Source: Candidatus Poribacteria bacterium
GTDB lineage: Bacteria > Poribacteria > WGA-4E > PCPOR2b
DNA: 64,000 nucleotides
Direction: 5' to 3'
NCBI GenBank assembly: GCA_965215015.1
Contig: OZ244042.1
Span: 992,001 to 1,056,000, forward strand
This document shows positions 61,574 to 64,000 of this stretch, piece by piece. The position numbers and the translations under genes are program-made. The notes under the pieces were generated by a model. It was given only the letters and a program-made list of their open reading frames with translations, was not told the DNA's origin and did no database searches. Every line of letters begins with the position of its first letter. The first letter of the stretch is position 1.

Positions 61574-61593
61574 ACAAGTTGAGGTTAAAATTC

Positions 61594-64000
61594 ATGACCG
61601 ATATTCCAAAAACATATTCACCGCACGACATTGAAAAAAAATGGTACAAATTCTGGCGAGACAAGGATTATTTCCACGCCGCTGACATATCTGACACCCC
61701 CCCTTACTCGGTTGTGATTCCGCCCCCGAACATCACGGGGAGTTTGCATATCGGACACGCGCTCGATAACACCTTACAGGATGTGCTGATCCGTTGGCGG
61801 CGGATGGAGGGTTACAACGTGCTCTGGATGCCAGGAACAGATCATGCAGGGATTGTCACCGAAATCATCATGGAGAAGCAGCTCGCCGCTTGGGGAACAA
61901 GCCGCGAAGAGCTCGGACGCGAAAAATTCATCGCACGGATGTGGAACTGGAAAGAAGAATCCCGTGGAACAATCATTGATCAGTTGGAGCAACTCGGTTG
62001 TTCCTGCGACTGGGAACGCGAAAGATTCACGATGGATGAAGGACTCTCCAAAGCCGTCCGCACCGCATTTGTTCAGCTTTACAACGATGGTTTAATCTAT
62101 CGCGGGGAGTACATGGTCAACTGGTGCCCGAACTGCCAAACGGCGGTTTCCGACCTCGAAGTTGAGCCTGTTGAAATTGACGGAAATTTCTACCACATCA
62201 GGTATCCGATTAAGGATTCAGAGGAAGCCGTTGAAATCGCGACAACGCGCCCGGAAACGATGCTCGGTGACACAGCGGTTGCTGTCCACCCGGAAGATAC
62301 GCGCTATCAGCACCTCATCGGCAAAACAGCGGTTCTACCAATCCTTGGACGTGAACTTCCGATTATCGCAGATGAATATGTCGATTTGGAATTTGGCACG
62401 GGAGCATTGAAAGTCACGCCCGCTCACGACCCAAACGACTATGAAATCGGTCAACGACACGAACTTGAGCGGGTCAACATATTGAACCCGGGCGGGAGCT
62501 TGAACGAGAACGCGGGAACAAAGTATCAAGGTATGGATCGGTTTGAATGCCGCAAATTGTTGGTTGAGGATCTGCGTGAACAAGGGTATCTGATTAAGAT
62601 TATACGACACCCCCATGTGGTTGGACATCATGATCGGTGCAATCAGATTATTGAACCGTACATCTCACCACAGTGGTATCTGAACGTCAAACCGCTCGCA
62701 GCCCGTTCACTCGAAGCCGCACGACGTGGCGATGTGGTGTTTCTCCCAGAACGTGAGACCAAGCGGTTTTATCAATGGATGGAAATTATTGAACCGTGGC
62801 CCATTTCCCGCCAACGTTGGTGGGGACATCAACTCCCAATCTGGCACTGCGATGCTTGCGAAGGAATCACGGTGGCAGAGACTCCCCCCTCTCAGTGTGC
62901 TCACTGCAATTCTGAGAAGATTTGGCAAGATGGGGAGGTGCTCGATACATGGTTCAGTTCGGGGCTTTGGCCCTTCTCGACGATGGGTTGGCCCGATAAG
63001 ACAGAAGCCCTCAAGACATTTTATCCAACCTCTGTGTTAGTAACAGGTTGGGATATCCTCTTCTTTTGGGTGGCTCGAATGATTATGCTAGGCCTTCAGT
63101 GTATGGACGAAGTGCCGTTCCGGCATGTCTATCTCCACGCCCTAGTTGCCGATGAGCATGGACAGAAGCAGAGCAAGTCGAAAGGTAACGCGATTGATCC
63201 GGTACCAACCATTCACCAATATGGTGCCGATGCGTTTCGCTTCGCGCTGGTATTCGCCGCTGTGCCGAATCCATATATTGCGTTGGCTGAGTCCCAAATT
63301 GAAGCGGGGAAACGGTTTGCCAACAAAATCTGGAATGCCTCGCGCTTGCTACTGATGAATCTCAATGACTTCCAGCCCGGGCAGCCGACGAATCTTACCC
63401 TATGTGATCGATGGATTCGTAGCCGCTTTAATACAACCGTGGAAACGGTGACGACATGCCTTGAGGAGTTTCGCTTTAGTGATGCAGCGCACGCGCTCTA
63501 TGAATTTCTCTGGCACGAGTTTTGTGATTGGTATATTGAACTCATCAAGCAGCGTCTCTACTATACCGACGATCCAGCGGCGAAGCACACCGCACAGGCG
63601 GTTGCCTCCGAAATTCTCGAAGGCACGATGCGGCTGCTGCACCCAATCATGCCGTTTATCACAGAAGAGATTTGGCAGCGATTCCCCCACGAAGGTGATA
63701 GCATCATGGTTGCCCCTTGGCCCAAGCCACAAGCGGGTGAAATGGATGAGAAGGCGGAAGAAGCGATGCTGACAATCATGAACGTTATTGATGGTATCCG
63801 CAGTGTCCGTGGTGAAATGAACGTGCCGCCCTCCAGTGAAGTCGAGCTCCGAATTCAAGCCCCAAATCCGGATACGGCTGAACTGCTCACCGAATATCTA
63901 GAGGAATACCTGCCGGCGTTTGGGCGTTTTTCACAAATCTCTATCGCTGGACATCAGGAGAAGCCTGCCGCTGCTGCCGTAGCGGTGATCAGTGACATCG
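61594..64000 (+). CDS. valS: valyl-tRNA synthetase, 3'-truncated by window edge
   Basis: PPPNITGSLHIGHA, PGTDHAGI, ATTRPETMLGD, VTPAHDPND, ISRQRWWGH, DTWFSSGLWPF; frame open to the window end. Confidence 0.98.
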   Translation, partial: MTDIPKTYSPHDIEKKWYKFWRDKDYFHAADISDTPPYSVVIPPPNITGSLHIGHALDNTLQDVLIRWRRMEGYNVLWMPGTDHAGIVTEIIMEKQLAAWGTSREELGREKFIARMWNWKEESRGTIIDQLEQLGCSCDWERERFTMDEGLSKAVRTAFVQLYNDGLIYRGEYMVNWCPNCQTAVSDLEVEPVEIDGNFYHIRYPIKDSEEAVEIATTRPETMLGDTAVAVHPEDTRYQHLIGKTAVLPILGRELPIIADEYVDLEFGTGALKVTPAHDPNDYEIGQRHELERVNILNPGGSLNENAGTKYQGMDRFECRKLLVEDLREQGYLIKIIRHPHVVGHHDRCNQIIEPYISPQWYLNVKPLAARSLEAARRGDVVFLPERETKRFYQWMEIIEPWPISRQRWWGHQLPIWHCDACEGITVAETPPSQCAHCNSEKIWQDGEVLDTWFSSGLWPFSTMGWPDKTEALKTFYPTSVLVTGWDILFFWVARMIMLGLQCMDEVPFRHVYLHALVADEHGQKQSKSKGNAIDPVPTIHQYGADAFRFALVFAAVPNPYIALAESQIEAGKRFANKIWNASRLLLMNLNDFQPGQPTNLTLCDRWIRSRFNTTVETVTTCLEEFRFSDAAHALYEFLWHEFCDWYIELIKQRLYYTDDPAAKHTAQAVASEILEGTMRLLHPIMPFITEEIWQRFPHEGDSIMVAPWPKPQAGEMDEKAEEAMLTIMNVIDGIRSVRGEMNVPPSSEVELRIQAPNPDTAELLTEYLEEYLPAFGRFSQISIAGHQEKPAAAAVAVISDI

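Noticed and set aside
61145-61593. T-box leader for valS
   Set aside because: No GGTGG.ACCGCG T-box sequence or terminator seen; the region looks like coding debris.
61774-63858. Short ORFs listed over the last 2.3 kb, and similar overlapping ORFs elsewhere
   Set aside because: They are shadows of valS (omitted from the track because it has no stop in the window) or of other well-supported genes.

Overview
This is a bacterial chromosomal window, probably Candidatus Poribacteria or a relative (inferred from a secreted protein ending in a WGRIK-type motif and from general gene style). Its core is a ~29.5 kb co-directional respiratory cluster (10734-40229): nuoA-N without nuoI runs straight into a full F1Fo atp operon. 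The cluster has a sigma70 promoter and a near-perfect Rex operator. It is interrupted by unrelated genes and relics: a secreted protein, an ABC transporter, a mazEF-like relic, a Na+/H+ antiporter-like gene coupled to nuoM, DUF1992, a miniature IS605/TnpB element and a repeat lipoprotein. Upstream, a 5.8 kb block (TPR gene with an in-frame TAG, Eco57I-like methyltransferase) lies between 51-bp direct repeats that duplicate the nuo promoter. Also present: an MTase-HNH fusion, a XamI-like R-M pair with a dead nuclease, a Cre-like recombinase pseudogene, GTAG REP-like palindromes, metabolic genes and valS, which runs off the right end. No rRNA, tRNA or CRISPR array was seen. All family calls come from motif recognition by eye, not database searches.
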